From Lytechinus pictus (lineage: Eukaryota), in assembly GCF_037042905.1 (NCBI RefSeq), contig NC_087245.1, positions 34,908,001 through 34,972,000 on the forward strand: DNA of 64,000 nucleotides, written 5' to 3'. Of the stretch, positions 23,311-36,614 are shown in pieces. A program made the position numbers and the translations under genes. The notes under the pieces are model-generated. The model ran no database searches and was not told the origin of the DNA. It worked only from the letters and a program-made list of their open reading frames with translations. Position 1 is the first letter of the stretch; every line of letters starts with the position of its first letter.

Positions 23311-26300
23311 GTAAATATTCAGGAAGGAATCCTCCATTCCAATAGCTAATGTGTATGGTCTGGGAGAGAGAGAAAGATAGTTGGAAAGAGGGATGGATAG
23401 AGAGAAGCTTTGTAAATAGAGAATAGGAGGGGACCAACAGAGAGAGAGAGAAAGAAAAAAGAAAAGGGAAGGATAATAAGAATACATGTGTACATGATGA
23501 ACCAGTAAATCAACTCTTCCAATGAGCCAATGCAAGGGATACCAAACTGTTTTACATTTCTTGAGATATATATATACAGTTTGTGATTAAATAAGAAAAT
23601 AGGGCAACTGTACATAGAGCTGGTGTATGCACCGAATGTTTACCCCAAATCTTTGAAATAATGAGAGAGAAAGAGAATACAGTGGAAGGTTGATGATCAA
23701 GGCTGAACTTGAAAGTAATACACCGTTCTCACTATCGTCCTAAAACTAGTTTACAGGAAACTCGTTAAGTAGAAACTAGTTTATTGTGTGATAAGAACGG
23801 TCGAAGCGATCGTCCAAACTGGTTTAGAAAACCACTTCGTGCGTAGTTTTGGAGATCGCTTTGCCTCATTTAACTGGTTTTAGCATAAGTGAGGACACAA
23901 CCGTGAACAGGGAAGCAATCTTCGCACATTTCGAGTGCGCTACTCCATGCACTGTATGTGGAATGCCTACGCTGCGGTTTCAAATTTTGGGTGAAACATG
24001 TCACCCCTCCCTCCCTCCCCTACCCCCACCCCCATCATAACATCATCCTCATCATCTTCATTATCTTTCTCGTTATCTTCATCATATCATCATCATGTAG
24101 TCATCATTTTCATCGAGACAGATACCTACCTTTTTTCCAATATTGCATCAGCTTATACATTCAAATGTGAACAGGGTCATTAGAAATTGTAAGTTATGAA
24201 AACATATTGAAGGGATTATGCTGGTGTGGGCGGGAAGGTGCAAGAAGTTGCAGGTGATTTTCCAGTGTTATCAGGGCAAGGATGGATGAATTCATAATTG
24301 AAGATGAACAAAGTCGAAAGATTTGAACCGGCAAGTAAAGCTAAAAGAAGTTTAATACAGGAGTTTGACTGAACCAACTCTGAAGAGAAAGTGAGGGAGA
24401 GAGTGAACTGAATCGGGAAGAGAAAAGCTGCATGTACCGATGAAAGATATGGAGAGAATAAAGACAACATCATCCGATAATCAATACTCTCTCTGAGGAT
24501 TGTAGTAATGCGCATGAGCTTGTCCTCTGTCTATACTCTACTCCCGGCATTGTTATTAGCTTTCTCCCAATAAAAAAGAGGGGGAGGGGGAGAGATGACG
24601 AAAGCTGCTGGAATGTCCCCATTCATCCTGAAGATGAGTCCTTGTGGTGTGGGTGTGTGTGTGTGTGTGTGAGGGTGGCTGTCAGCTGGCGCTGGGATAT
24701 ATTGATCAGTTCAGTATGAGTACCTCATGAGTGAGTGAGTGATTGTCCCATTGCGTATGCCATGGTAGGGGAATATTCATGATACGGGCCTATGTCGGTC
24801 AGACATCTACTCATCAAAAGGTATGGTATTATAGTCTTTGCCTTGAATGGTGTTCTTTCATCGGATTTCCTCCCGGTATATTTTATACGTCAGGGTGTTT
24901 TAATTTATGAGTGATAGAGCTTGATTGCTTTATATTTGCCGGCAAATGAATGGATTTGCTTGTTATGTACAACATGAAGTCCTACATTTTGTTCCATTAG
25001 TCATGGAGTAATGAATATGAGAATGTACTGTATACATGTGCTGTACCTTATGTAGAAGTGAGTACAGTGAGCAATGCTTAGTGCTTGATTGTTTCTTATG
25101 AATAATATATACCATGGTTAATGCATGATTTAGATATTGACCAATTTTGGGGTAAATAAAAATTCTGTGGACCACTTCCATGACATATTTATCCCTCTTT
25201 TCTATTATTCATGTAATGATTTGATATCATGAAATACTGTTATGTTTTTGTTTATCTGATTATATTCTCCAATTGTATATTTGTTTTTTATTTCTTTGCA
25301 TTTTTGTTTTGAACAAAATATTGGCAGATGTCAGTGATGTTCTCAATTCATTCAATTGATGTTTGTATTATGATTGATAATAAATACTTGGCTAGTAAGA
25401 AAGTTCTATTATGATTTTATGTGAAAGTTTTTTTATAATTTTTTTATATATGTGAATGGTTTCACACTTCAACATTTCATGTTTAAACATGTTAATTTAT
25501 TTGAATCTATTTTCCTGGATTGTCATTTTTTCAAGCAATATGCTTAAAACAACAATCCTCCTGCAAATTGTGAATATTTGGTAGTAGATCATAATTGTTT
25601 AGAATGATAATTTTCAGTCCACACTGTTCTTCTTTATGATTCGTGTTTGTGCCATAAAACAGTAATCAATATTGTGTTTGTTAAGTACTGAAAAATGTAA
25701 TACAATTGATATGAATGCGGAAGAAAAAAATTAAATAAAATCAAAGTTATATTTGAAGAAACATTACACGAACCTATGAGGTTTCTATCTGAAATACATA
25801 CATATTTAAGGAAAACGTGATCATCATGATTTGTATAATTGTAGACATTAATTGATTTCGCGATTGTCCTTGGTTTAGGCCTATAATCACCAACAAGGCA
25901 TTTTGGTAGACTTTTGCTTTTATTTGGGACATTCAATCTGCAAAGTGTTTGTTCTGATTTTGAATTATTTGCACTCAGCTCTGTCAATGTTTGATTTTCA
26001 TCTTGAACTGCCTGCCATTCAGTACTATAAGCCTGTGGATTTGCCCTTTTGATGACTTGATTCATATTGTTTTATGTCATTTTGTATTTATTAAATTCAT
26101 TTATTTATAATTATTTATCTATTTATTCATATATAATGTATTAATTAATTTGTTTATTTGTTTCTTTATTTGTAAAAAAAAAACAGGGAAGCCCATTTAA
26201 CAATATATTCGATTTGATTTATTTTTTCTTCTGCATACATAATATTGGTATACAATACAATTTTCATTACGTAACAAACATGATATATCGGTATTTGATT

Positions 26301-27984
26301 TTGGTATGGATCATAAAGAAAAAATACAAAATAAAAGAGTCATTCTAAACAAATATGATCTATTACCAACCAAGAAAATTTAACATTTACAGTTTGCAGG
26401 AGAAGGATTGTCATTATAAGCAGATTGCTTGAAAAAATGACAACAATATTGGTATCCCATGGGGTCCTGTGACAATGTACATAGCATAACATTACTTAAC
26501 AACATTACTTAAAAACATAATGCTTAATTTTAAGGCTAAAATGGCATGTAAAGATCATTCAAATCAATCAACAATTTGTTTTGTGTGTATGTCACACACA
26601 TACAACAGGCAGAAACCAATCATGTAATGTGACTGTATAATGCTAGCCGTGATGAGTAATGATCCAGTTTTCATGATGTGTCTGTCTCTTCTGTTATGTG
26701 TAGTATTTGTAAGAACTACGACTTACTGGGAAGTTCACCTCTGTTTGTCCGTCCATCATTAATATTTCATGAACACGCATGTGGACAGATTGAACGATGG
26801 CTACATCGTAGTGGTCCTCCAGCACGCACTGGTTTCTTACACACAGCAGGTGTGACAATGGGAATTGTATGTGTGCTGGGAAAGGAGTAGCAGGAAAGAG
26901 GGAGAGAGAGTGGAAGAGAAGGTAAAAGGGAAAAGGGGGAAGGAAAGAAGAGATTTGAAGAGAAGGAGAGGGGGAGATGCAGATAGAGGGAAGGAGGGTA
27001 GAAAGAAAACAAGAATGAAAGAGAGAGATGGAGAAAGAGAGAGCGGTAGCATCGTAGGAGGAGGAACAAATGTACGGGTCTATGGTTGAGATAGAGAGTC
27101 AGAGAGATGGGCGGAACTAGGTGGGAAAATATTTTAAAAATAAACAGAAAAAGGAGAGTGACAGAGCAGGGATGGGAGGGAGGCATGTGATTGAGTAGGA
27201 GGGGGGGGGGGGGTGGTTACTGCATAGAGCTACTAGCTCCATGGTTAATGAGAGTTGTTGGGAGAAAAAGGGATAAGAAAGAGGGAGAATGCAAAAATGG
27301 TGAGAAGAGAAACGAGGCAAGCAGGGAATCTTCCGATTGGAGGTTGAACGCACTTGGGCATGAGAAGTATCGGTATGCACATTGCTGGCTAGTATCATTT
27401 GGCCAGCTTGGGATGATGAACTGAAGAGGGAGAGTGTGGCGAGTTTTCTCGATTGAAGATGAGTGGGGCGGCCATTTTCGGGGTTGGCTCGACATCCAAG
27501 GAGGATGCAATGTTGTGAGGATGTGTCTTCAATCTGTAAGTTGTCTTGCCTTTTTGTGATTTTATTTGGTGATTGGTGAGATTTGTTGTACTTGTGAGTA
27601 CTTGTTGGGATGAGGTTCTCACAGCTATAGTAGGGATGGAGATCTGGTAATGATGATGTACACGCAGTTCATGGACATACATGTAGGGTGAATAATGGAA
27701 TGAATGATGGTCATGAGACATGTGATCATATGATCACTGTTGAAATTACTTTTTATTTTTAGGGAGCCATTTTACCAGAGCCATTTTCAGTTTTTGACAG
27801 GGCTTTTTTTCATGATTCAATGCATGGTTTAGCATCGTAGTTAATCTTGTTTACAAATTCATTTATTGTTTAACATTGTTTATTCAATTGATATTTATTT
27901 TTTCTTCATTGTTATTAATTGTTAAATGATCATTTAATTTATTGTTGTTCAGTTTACGTTTATTGTTTGCATCTTATGTATTAG

Positions 27985-28530
27985 AGGGGTACTCCGGGCT
28001 GAAAATATTTATATCTAAATAAGTAGAGTAAAATTCAGAGAGCAAAATGCTGAAAATTTCATCAAAATTGGATAACAAATAACAAAGTTATCAAATTTTA
28101 AAGGTTAGCAATATTTTGTGAAAATAGTTATATGCACATCATCATGAATTTTCATTAGGTGGGCTGATGATATCATATCACATCCCCACTTTCCTTTTTC
28201 TTATGTTATTACATGAAATCATAACTGTTTCATTTTATCATACATGTGTGAATGTGTCTCCTTTATAATGAAATAAGTTGTAAATATCTAATGCACTAAA
28301 TCAGTTGTCAATCCATTTTTTCCAGTTCTTGGTAGAAAAAATTTGAATAAGCCTTATTCAATATAAAAATACAAAAGAAAAAGTGGGGATATGACATCAT
28401 CAAGTTGCTTATTGAATATTCATGAAGACATGCCTAGAACTACATGTATTTCACCGGATGAATGCAAATATTTAAAATGCCATAGCTTTGTTATTTTTAG
28501 TCCAATTTTGATCAAATTTTCAGTGTTTTG
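27985..28530. mobile_element. Kolobok-type MITE, family K4 (right end truncated)
   Basis: Starts aggggtactccgggctgaaaat. Related to full copies at 45632-46227 and 46399-46961 and a fragment at ~15833-16070. Confidence 0.7.
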
Positions 28531-28534
28531 TATG

Positions 28535-29012
28535 ACACCATTCTCACTACCTTGCTAAAACTAGTTTACTGGAAACTAGTGTAGTGGAAACTAGTTTGAG
28601 TGGAAACTAGTTTAATGTGTAGTGAGAACCGTCAAAGCGATCTTGGAAGCGATCTTCTAACCCGGTACAGAAAACCAACTCGCGATGTATTTTTCAAGAT
28701 CGCTTTGCCTCGTTAAACTGGTATTAGCCTAAGTGAGGACACAACCATTCTTCGGGAAGCAATCTTCACACATTTTGAGCGCACTACTCCACACGACAGG
28801 TGTAGAATGCCTACGCTGTGGTTTCGAATTTTGCGCAAAACGTGTCACCCCGCTGAGAGCATTTCCATAGCAACAAGATCGCTTTACGCGAAGTGATTTT
28901 TAAAACCACTTTCGTGTGATCAAGTGGGAATGCTAGCAAAGCGATCTTCTAAACTGGTTTCCTGAATCGGTTTCAAGTAAACTAGTTTTAGATAGCGTAA
29001 TGAGAACGGCCT
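28535..29012. mobile_element. MITE with aaactagttt subterminal repeats
   Basis: TIR cc(a/g)ttctca(c/t)tac..taaaactagtttact; a partial second copy lies at 23720-24008. Confidence 0.7.
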
Positions 29013-30458
29013 TTACTAGTCTCTGCACCAAACCTTATTACTCTTAGCATTTGAAAGCAGAATTTTCTCAGATTATATAAAAATAATATCAAACACTCAC
29101 TGGTTTTAATAAGAATATCATGTTAAGTGAAAAATTATTAAAGAAATCTGGCTCTTCATGAGAAAGAAAAAAAAAGTTTTGAAAATTGAGAAACTTTCAT
29201 TTTTACGAATGACCATGGTAAAACAATACAGCATTTCTTTGTTTTGAAACTTTGTGACATGCATATAAAGCTGTTTAATCATAAATATCCAAAATGCACC
29301 TTAACTCAGAAAAAAAGCCATTTCCTGAAACAAGGGAAGAATCGTGTTGTCTTTATGCACTTTATAATTATGTTTTAATGCATCATGTCAGCCACACGTG
29401 TCTTCCATTTGCTCTCTATATAGATCTATCTGTCTCATTCAGCTGTGCAAATATCAATCATGAGTCATTTTTAAACAACAGCATTTTAGCACCTGGTATT
29501 GTACCATACTTGAAGCTGAACATAAACAATATTTTTCATAATAACTTGATAGATAGACCCTACCGATTATTAAAAAGTAAAGTGGTATATATAATGAGCT
29601 AGACTTGAAACTGAGATGGTTAGAGACAGGAAGATGGGACACTGACAGTAGTAGAGCCTGCTTTTATAATTCTTTTCATTATGAAAAAAAATGTCAATTT
29701 GTTGGCTTGAATTGTTACCTTTCCTAGAAACAATTTTTTGGATAAATAATGTTCTTAAGTAGAATATAGTGACTTTTGGTAGCATTTTGATGAATTTTTC
29801 TTTGTATTACTGGGAAAAGTGATTGTCGGTTTAGCGAGATAGGCATCCTGCGTGTTCATAATTTTCATAATAAATCAAAAAGTTTCAGCTTGCGCTATAC
29901 ACTCGCCTCGGTTGTTTTAAGATACCCATCCCGTTTAGGATTACCGGTACAAAAAGTGCTCAGAACACCCAGTTATTTCAGGATATTAGAAATTTTCAGC
30001 TCGCACTTCGCGCTCACATATCATCTTCATGACCCACTGCAAACAGTCTTTAATAAGTCAATATTGGCCTATAAACAATTTTTGCTCGTGCTTGATTTTG
30101 TCAAACAGGCAAGAAAATTTGTGTCTGGCTTTGCCCCCCAGTTTAAAAATCCTGGTGCCGCCACTGCCCTCAACATGCTTTGGTTGATACTAGATTTTTT
30201 TTCTCTTTAATAACATGCCTGCACATTGGTACAAGTAATACCTGTAGTATTTCCTTTTTTGAATGTAGGATGAATAAATTTACTGAATAAATAAGGACAA
30301 GTGCCATGTCTAGGGATAGAACCCTGACTATTGTTAGTCTGCTATGCAGACTCTGAATGGCTCGTGAGGTGGGATCTCAGCGTGCAAAGCGCGCTGCTGC
30401 TGGTTAACCAGCCTGAAATGGCGAGTGAAGCAAGCCATTTACAGCCACAGTAGACCTA

Positions 30459-31223
30459 GGGTGCGTTTATCTGCCACTTTTTTACCCTAGAATCATGATC
30501 TGAATCATGATTCAAATCATGATTCTGCAGAATCACGATTGCGTTTAGTCGAAATTGAATATAATCATGATTAGAATCACAAACATGAAACACAAAAAAA
30601 GGGGCGTTTGGAAAGACGTTTCTGCAGAATCACGTACGAAAATGTTCGAATAAACGATATCGTGATTACAATCATGATTCTATGATCTCACTGTTGTGTC
30701 GGGCTACTTTCGGTTTGACTCTTGCCAAGCTCAAGACGCTCTATATGCTCATTGTATGTACATGATTATGTACTACGCATGCAATTCTTGTCATGTTCAA
30801 GTTCTGTGTTGGTCATCGCATCGTCCACTACTTTTCATTTTTTGGTCATGTCTTCAACTTCAAGTTCTAACTGGACAGACAATGATCTCAGTTGTTGAGT
30901 ATACAGTATCAATATTAAATTGGATCTAGGCTGAAATTCACTTCCGAACACCATTTTGGATAAACTAACAAGATGAATAGAAGCATATGGACCCTATATG
31001 ATAGAAGTAAACAAAATGAGGTATAGAATTCTATAACTTCCTCTGTCAAACTGCGCACTAGTGATGCGCACTGGATTGGCCCGAATCTGAGGAGAAACAG
31101 CACTGGAATGAAGGTCGTCTAAACGCTGATTCTGTGATATTGTGATTCATGTTTGTGTTTTGAATCATGATTCAAATCATGATTCAAATCATGATTCTGG
31201 CTTGAGGTCTTATAAACGCAGCC
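30459..31223. mobile_element. Harbinger-type MITE with AATCATGATT palindrome repeats
   Basis: TIR gg(g/c)tgcgtttat, TSD CTA/CTA; an opposite-orientation copy lies at 53052-53572. Confidence 0.8.
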
Positions 31224-31507
31224 CTAGTCTGCTATGACTAGTTGAATCAGCTGTGGTACACACACTGCAGATGTGGGTATACAATTTTGTAGACTAGACT
31301 ATTGTTTGTTTAGTCTGGTGCTGAAGACTCTGCCAAGACACCCCCACAAAATGTGTTGCTGACATCCTTCCCCTATCCTGTTTGATTTCTTAATGGAATT
31401 AAAGTCTTTGCTGAATCCATACAGGAAGGTTAACATCTCTTACAAGCACTATTTATAACTTAACCAATTATGTTCTTTCCTTGTATATGGTTTCACAGTG
31501 TATCTAA

Positions 31508-32353
31508 GGGTGTGTTTATGCTTCCATTGCGGAGCCAGAATCAGCGTTTTCAAACGTCGTTTCAGAACGTCGATCGCAAATGTGGTTCTGGGAGTGCTGT
31601 TTATTCTCATCTTTCAGAGGCGAAATCGCAATCTGCAGCTGGCTTTGCATCGTAATTTTTGTCGAGCAGGAAAGTGAGGTCAAATTGGGCGCACCCTTTT
31701 TCGAGAGTTTTTTGTTCTGAGTGTTGTTATGGTCAACTATTATTTTAACTCCAAACAATATCTATCTTTTAGTAATTGCATGGAGCTACATGTACTTGAC
31801 ATACATGTAGCCATAGAATTTCTACCGTGGTGAGGATGTTAGTAAGATAAATTAAAGTACCGGTATATACATAAGAAAATAATAAGAAATCAATTTGTTT
31901 ATGCTACTGCAGGATCTCTGGCTCAGCGATGTCTCCTCATCATAACTCATGTTCCATATTTTTAATCCCTAAACATCGTGATAGTGATAGGACTTAATGT
32001 GATATTCACACATGCAAATGTACATTGGTCATTATTAAAACCAGGTAATTTCGTGGAGGTAACTCCCTGTAATAGAACCATGCAACTGTATTTGCCCACG
32101 GATTTTCATCTCACCGGAAACATGTACCAAATGACGTCATTTAAACATGTTTACGATCATGGTCCTGTTTATACTTCCCTAGAAACCCTGATTCTGGACA
32201 AACAACGTTTAGAAACTCACCTTTTTGTAAGTTTTACGATCGGCATTCTGAAACGTAGTTTAATTGAAAGTAAGCATGGACGCAATCGTGTTTTGGACTA
32301 ATCACATATTAAAATGCTGATTCTGCCTGAAAAGTGGAAGCATTAACACGCCC
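31508..32353. mobile_element. Harbinger-type MITE
   Basis: TIR gggtgtgtttatgcttcca; flanks TAA/TAC. Short derivative at 40919-41088 and a solo end at ~43190. Confidence 0.7.
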
Positions 32354-32438
32354 TACATGTAATATTATTGATACTTCTACCATTCAGTTCTCATGGAAGC
32401 CGCGTGTGGTGGCTGAGTTCCATTATCACTCCCTCTCT

Positions 32439-32913
32439 AGGTGGTTTCAAACCGCCTCGATCACAAGAATCCCCGTTAAATTACGAGAACATTTTTAGGC
32501 TAAAAAATACCCATTAATTATTCCTGCATTCAGACCGCCCCGAAACATACACTTCGGGATAAATTCCTGAAGTTAGGAGCATGCGCAGTATGGTCTAATA
32601 AGCAGGCAAGGCGCGAGATTCAAAACCACTAGCCCAGCAGCCACCCACGGCGCCGCACCCAACGACACGCTGGGCTAAAAGTTCCCGTAATTTGCTTTCA
32701 CATCGCCAAAATACCTGCGACCTTGGAAAAATCCCCGCGAAAGTTCTCGTAATTCCGCCAAGTACCTACTATTTAGCGGGTATTTTCTTTCGGGGAAATT
32801 ACGCGTAGTTTGCTTTCACATTACCAAAATACCTGGTATTTTCTGATCGGGGTAAATTTCCCGATCAGAGAATACCTGGAACTGACGAACTTCGAGGCGG
32901 TCTGAAACCACCT
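32439..32913. mobile_element. CpG-rich MITE with 3-bp TSD
   Basis: TIR aggtggtttca(a/g)accgcctcga, TSD TCT/TCT. Confidence 0.8.
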
Positions 32914-33905
32914 TCTGACGTTTTTACCTAGTGAGGCATTAAACCCCTGTCATCTGACATTCTCATTAGTACATGAATGAAATGTATTCTCTGCCAACGG
33001 AAGCACCTGGTTGAATTATCTCCAACATGGATTGATGTCTATTTCAGCAGTGAGAGAGAGCGAGAGATAATAGAGTGAAAGGGGGGGGGGGGTGGGGGAA
33101 AAGGGAGCAAAACAATGGGAGTGAAAAGTATAGGGGCAGGGGAAGGAACAAAAAGGAAGAAAGAGCCCGGGGGGGGGGGGGGGAGGCCACTTACATTGAC
33201 GAGTGGATACCATGCGTGACCAAAAAACATGTAAAAAGGATATCTTGATGAGATATGAAAATAGTAAAATGGGATTATAGACCTGTGTGTGGACAAAAAT
33301 ATTCTGTTTTAGTCTTCTTTTTTTTCTTCTTTTTTTTGTCTTTCAGAAAGGATAAAAGACAAGCAATCATTATAGTGGTTGGCTGACTTAAGAGAAATTC
33401 ATGGTAGGGATTTTTAGCCCTTTAAGGTCAGATTTTTTTAGAAGTGCGTATTGATTTCAGGCCATCCACAGCTCGCTTTTGTCCTTTCTACACGACAAAT
33501 GCATTTGAAACTACACCATTAGTGTTCACGTAGACCCATGCTTTTTACACTGGTGTCAAATCATACTGTTAGTTCAACACCTATTATAACACATTAAAAG
33601 ATAAATGCATGGAGGAAGAAATGCAATTTGTAGATAAAATGAGTTCATACTGAATCCTATCTCATGACCACCCAGGTGTCTGTATGTATAAATAAAAAAG
33701 ATTTATGCCAAAGTATTCTGGAAGAAGTTGTGTATTGTTGAGAAATTATAACAAGCATGAAATTTGACCACGATGCAGGGTCTTTTTCCAAGCAGTTATA
33801 TGCTGTCCCCACGTATGCTTATCTGTGTTGGTGACCTTCAGTCTGACTGTTTTTTCAGCTTAGATTTCATGATTTCATACATTTTAGATAATACAACTGC
33901 ACCAG

Positions 33906-34182
33906 TCCCCCCCGTCTTACAAAGAGTTACGATTGATCTGATCAATCGCAACTATGGACGTCCTGCCAACGTCAACATGTATTATGTATGTTTGTTCAAA
34001 ATATTTTCTAACTACTGTATAATGTATATTCATGCATTCATTGTTTTCTTGAAAATTAACTGTGCTTCTCTTTGTTTTACAAAAAACATTGTGCCAATCT
34101 CCTATAGTGAAAATTATGACACTGATGGATTTCCATAGTTACGATTGATTGAATCAATCGTAACTCTTTGTAAGACGGGGCC
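33906..34182. mobile_element. Harbinger-type MITE nested in a K2 element
   Basis: TIR ccccgtcttacaaagagttacgattgat, TSD CAG. The empty site ccagatctagatc is seen in the K2 copy at ~7915. Second copy at 51218-51488. Confidence 0.8.
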
Positions 34183-35102
34183 CAGATCTAGATCTAAGAT
34201 CATGATATAGTGGCAATTGGTTTTACAGACTTTCTCATGAAATCACTGTTTGCGGCAACTACTTGTATTTATATAGACCCATACCAAAAGAACCCAGATC
34301 ACTAATGGTACTCTGATGGTCTAGTGGTTATGACGGTGGTCTGATAATCAAGAGGTCATGGGCCGAATCCTGCTGGTCTGCCTGTGATTTTTACAGGCAG
34401 ACTTCACACACCGGTTGCTGTATTACCCTTGTGTAGAAAATGAATATCATATTACTTGTCTTTATCCTCCAATGAATAAACTTTGTGGAGGTGCGTTTTG
34501 GTGTGTGACATTGTGATTAGTCTTATTGACAAGTGCTTTTAATGTTTAAAATCTTGAAAAACTGTTGGATAAAGTACGCAAAGACTTGTGTCACGTATCG
34601 TCAGTGATTTTACGGACTGGCTCAAACCTTGGCTGGTCTCCAAAACAAAACTCAAAGTTTAGATGCTTTTCAGATGCTCATAACTTTGCGCTTTGAAAGA
34701 AACCAGATCAGTTATTTATTTTATACCATAAAGCATACATTCTATTCTTTTATAATATACAATTTTTTCCCACAATTCTTTTTCATTCTTTCAATATTTG
34801 ACTTGATATTCTATGCATGCTACATGAGCTAATACTTCTTTGGGTGAAGACCTACATCCTTTCTCCATTGTTTTCAAATGAGATGCTTGTTCATGTCTTT
34901 TTAATATAACTCCTTGTCTGGATATTTTCATTAAAAACCATTTCCTTCAAGGCTTTGTGTGTACTACTATCAATGTAGTTTCTTTCATTATGTGGCTTAG
35001 GGTATATAAGTAAACCAATATAATCATGCATTTGGATCTTGGCCATGTTGGGGGTATTTATTGAATTACCATTGTAACTTTGAAGTTTATGGATATAGTT
35101 AA

Positions 35103-35682
35103 AGGGAAATCCTACCCAATTAAAAACTTGCTTTTAGAGGAAAAAATGAAAATCATATAAGTTGATAGGTGAAAGTTTGAACAATATAGGACAAACAATA
35201 AGAAAGTTACGAATTTTCAAAAGTTTTGAATATTGGTAATCACTATACTTATGGAGTTTTCAAATTGGCAACAAATGTGATGTCGAAGTGATGTAAGGCA
35301 AGGACTACTCTTCCATGTACTCTAGTACATAAAATGACTGAAATTACATTTTTTTCAAATGTTTTACTTCAAATTATATTTTTCTTTCATGAGGACATAA
35401 AACAATATACTACCTAATGTAGGCTATATTTAGATTACAGCCCCAGGGGAATGGGTACTTGGGAGAAAACCACAAATCACTGATTATAAAGTACATGGCC
35501 TATGGAAAAGTTGTCCTTGCCTCTTGTCATAATTTAATCTACATAGTCTTAGAGATCTCAAATTTAAAAACAGCCATAACTTTCTTGTTGCTCGTCCGAT
35601 ATCTTTCAAACTTTCACCATTCTGTTTTATTTATTTTTCTCCTTTCAAACACAACATATTGTGGCCAGGGCTGGATTCCCCT
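35103..35682. mobile_element. Kolobok-type MITE inserted in an AGGTCA-repeat element
   Basis: TTAA at 35099-35102 and 35683-35686; termini aggg(a/g)aatcc. The flanks rejoin to match 730-780. Confidence 0.8.
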
Positions 35683-36084
35683 TTAATGAAATGTGGACAT
35701 AGGGGTAATCAAGTATCACTGCTCGTTTTGCACAAGTTTTAGGTCACTTGACCAAGGTCAAATGTCATTTAGGGCCAATAAATGTTTAAGTTGTATCATT
35801 ATATGAATGGTGTTTTTAGTGATATAGGATTTCGTTTTTGAAGTCAGCACTGCTGCTATATTGAGACTGCTATAGGCTATCTCTCTCTGTTTGTATCCAT
35901 GGTGTATCATTGTTATTTTTACAACCTTTTTAAACAAAATGATGAAGAAGTATTTTCTCTAGCCTTTATATTCAAATTGAAGTAAAGATATTAACCGGAA
36001 AGTTCACTTTCTTGATGTCGTGAATTTTTTCTTTAAAGGGAGATAAGAAGGATACTGTCAGTCAATCATTTCAGTCTATTCTAA

Positions 36085-36614
36085 AGGTCAAATCCACCAC
36101 AGAAAAATGTTGATTTGAATAAATAGAGAAAAATCAAACCAGCATATGGATGAAAATTTATCAAAATCGGATGTTGTTATGACATTTTAAAGTTTTGCTT
36201 ATTTTTCACAAAACAGTGATAGGCACAACTGAGATGGTCGATGATGTCCCTCACTCACTATTTTGTTTTCTATTGTTTTAATCAATGATAAGGACCAACT
36301 TGACTGAACCATATAGTATTAAACAATGCTAATTCCACATGTGCATGGAGGAATTAATTGTTGTTTTACTTGACAGTGAGGAGAAAATTAGAATATTTCA
36401 TATAATAAAATACCAAAGAAATAGTGAATGACGTCATCAGTCTCCTCATTTGCATACCGACCAGGATGTGCATATTAACTGTTTTGTTAGATTAAGCGAA
36501 AAATGTCATAACTTTCTTATTTTGCATCCGATTTTGATGAAATTTTCAGTGTTATGCTGGTTGGATTTTTCTCTTTTTATTCAAATCAACTTTTTGTTGG
36601 GGTGGACTTGTCCT
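36085..36614. mobile_element. Kolobok-type MITE K1 copy
   Basis: aggtcaaatccacc ... ggtggacttgtcct followed by TTAA. Confidence 0.8.

Noticed and set aside
25634..26065. 143-aa minus-strand ORF
   Set aside because: No recognisable domain or splice signals; AT-rich chance ORF.
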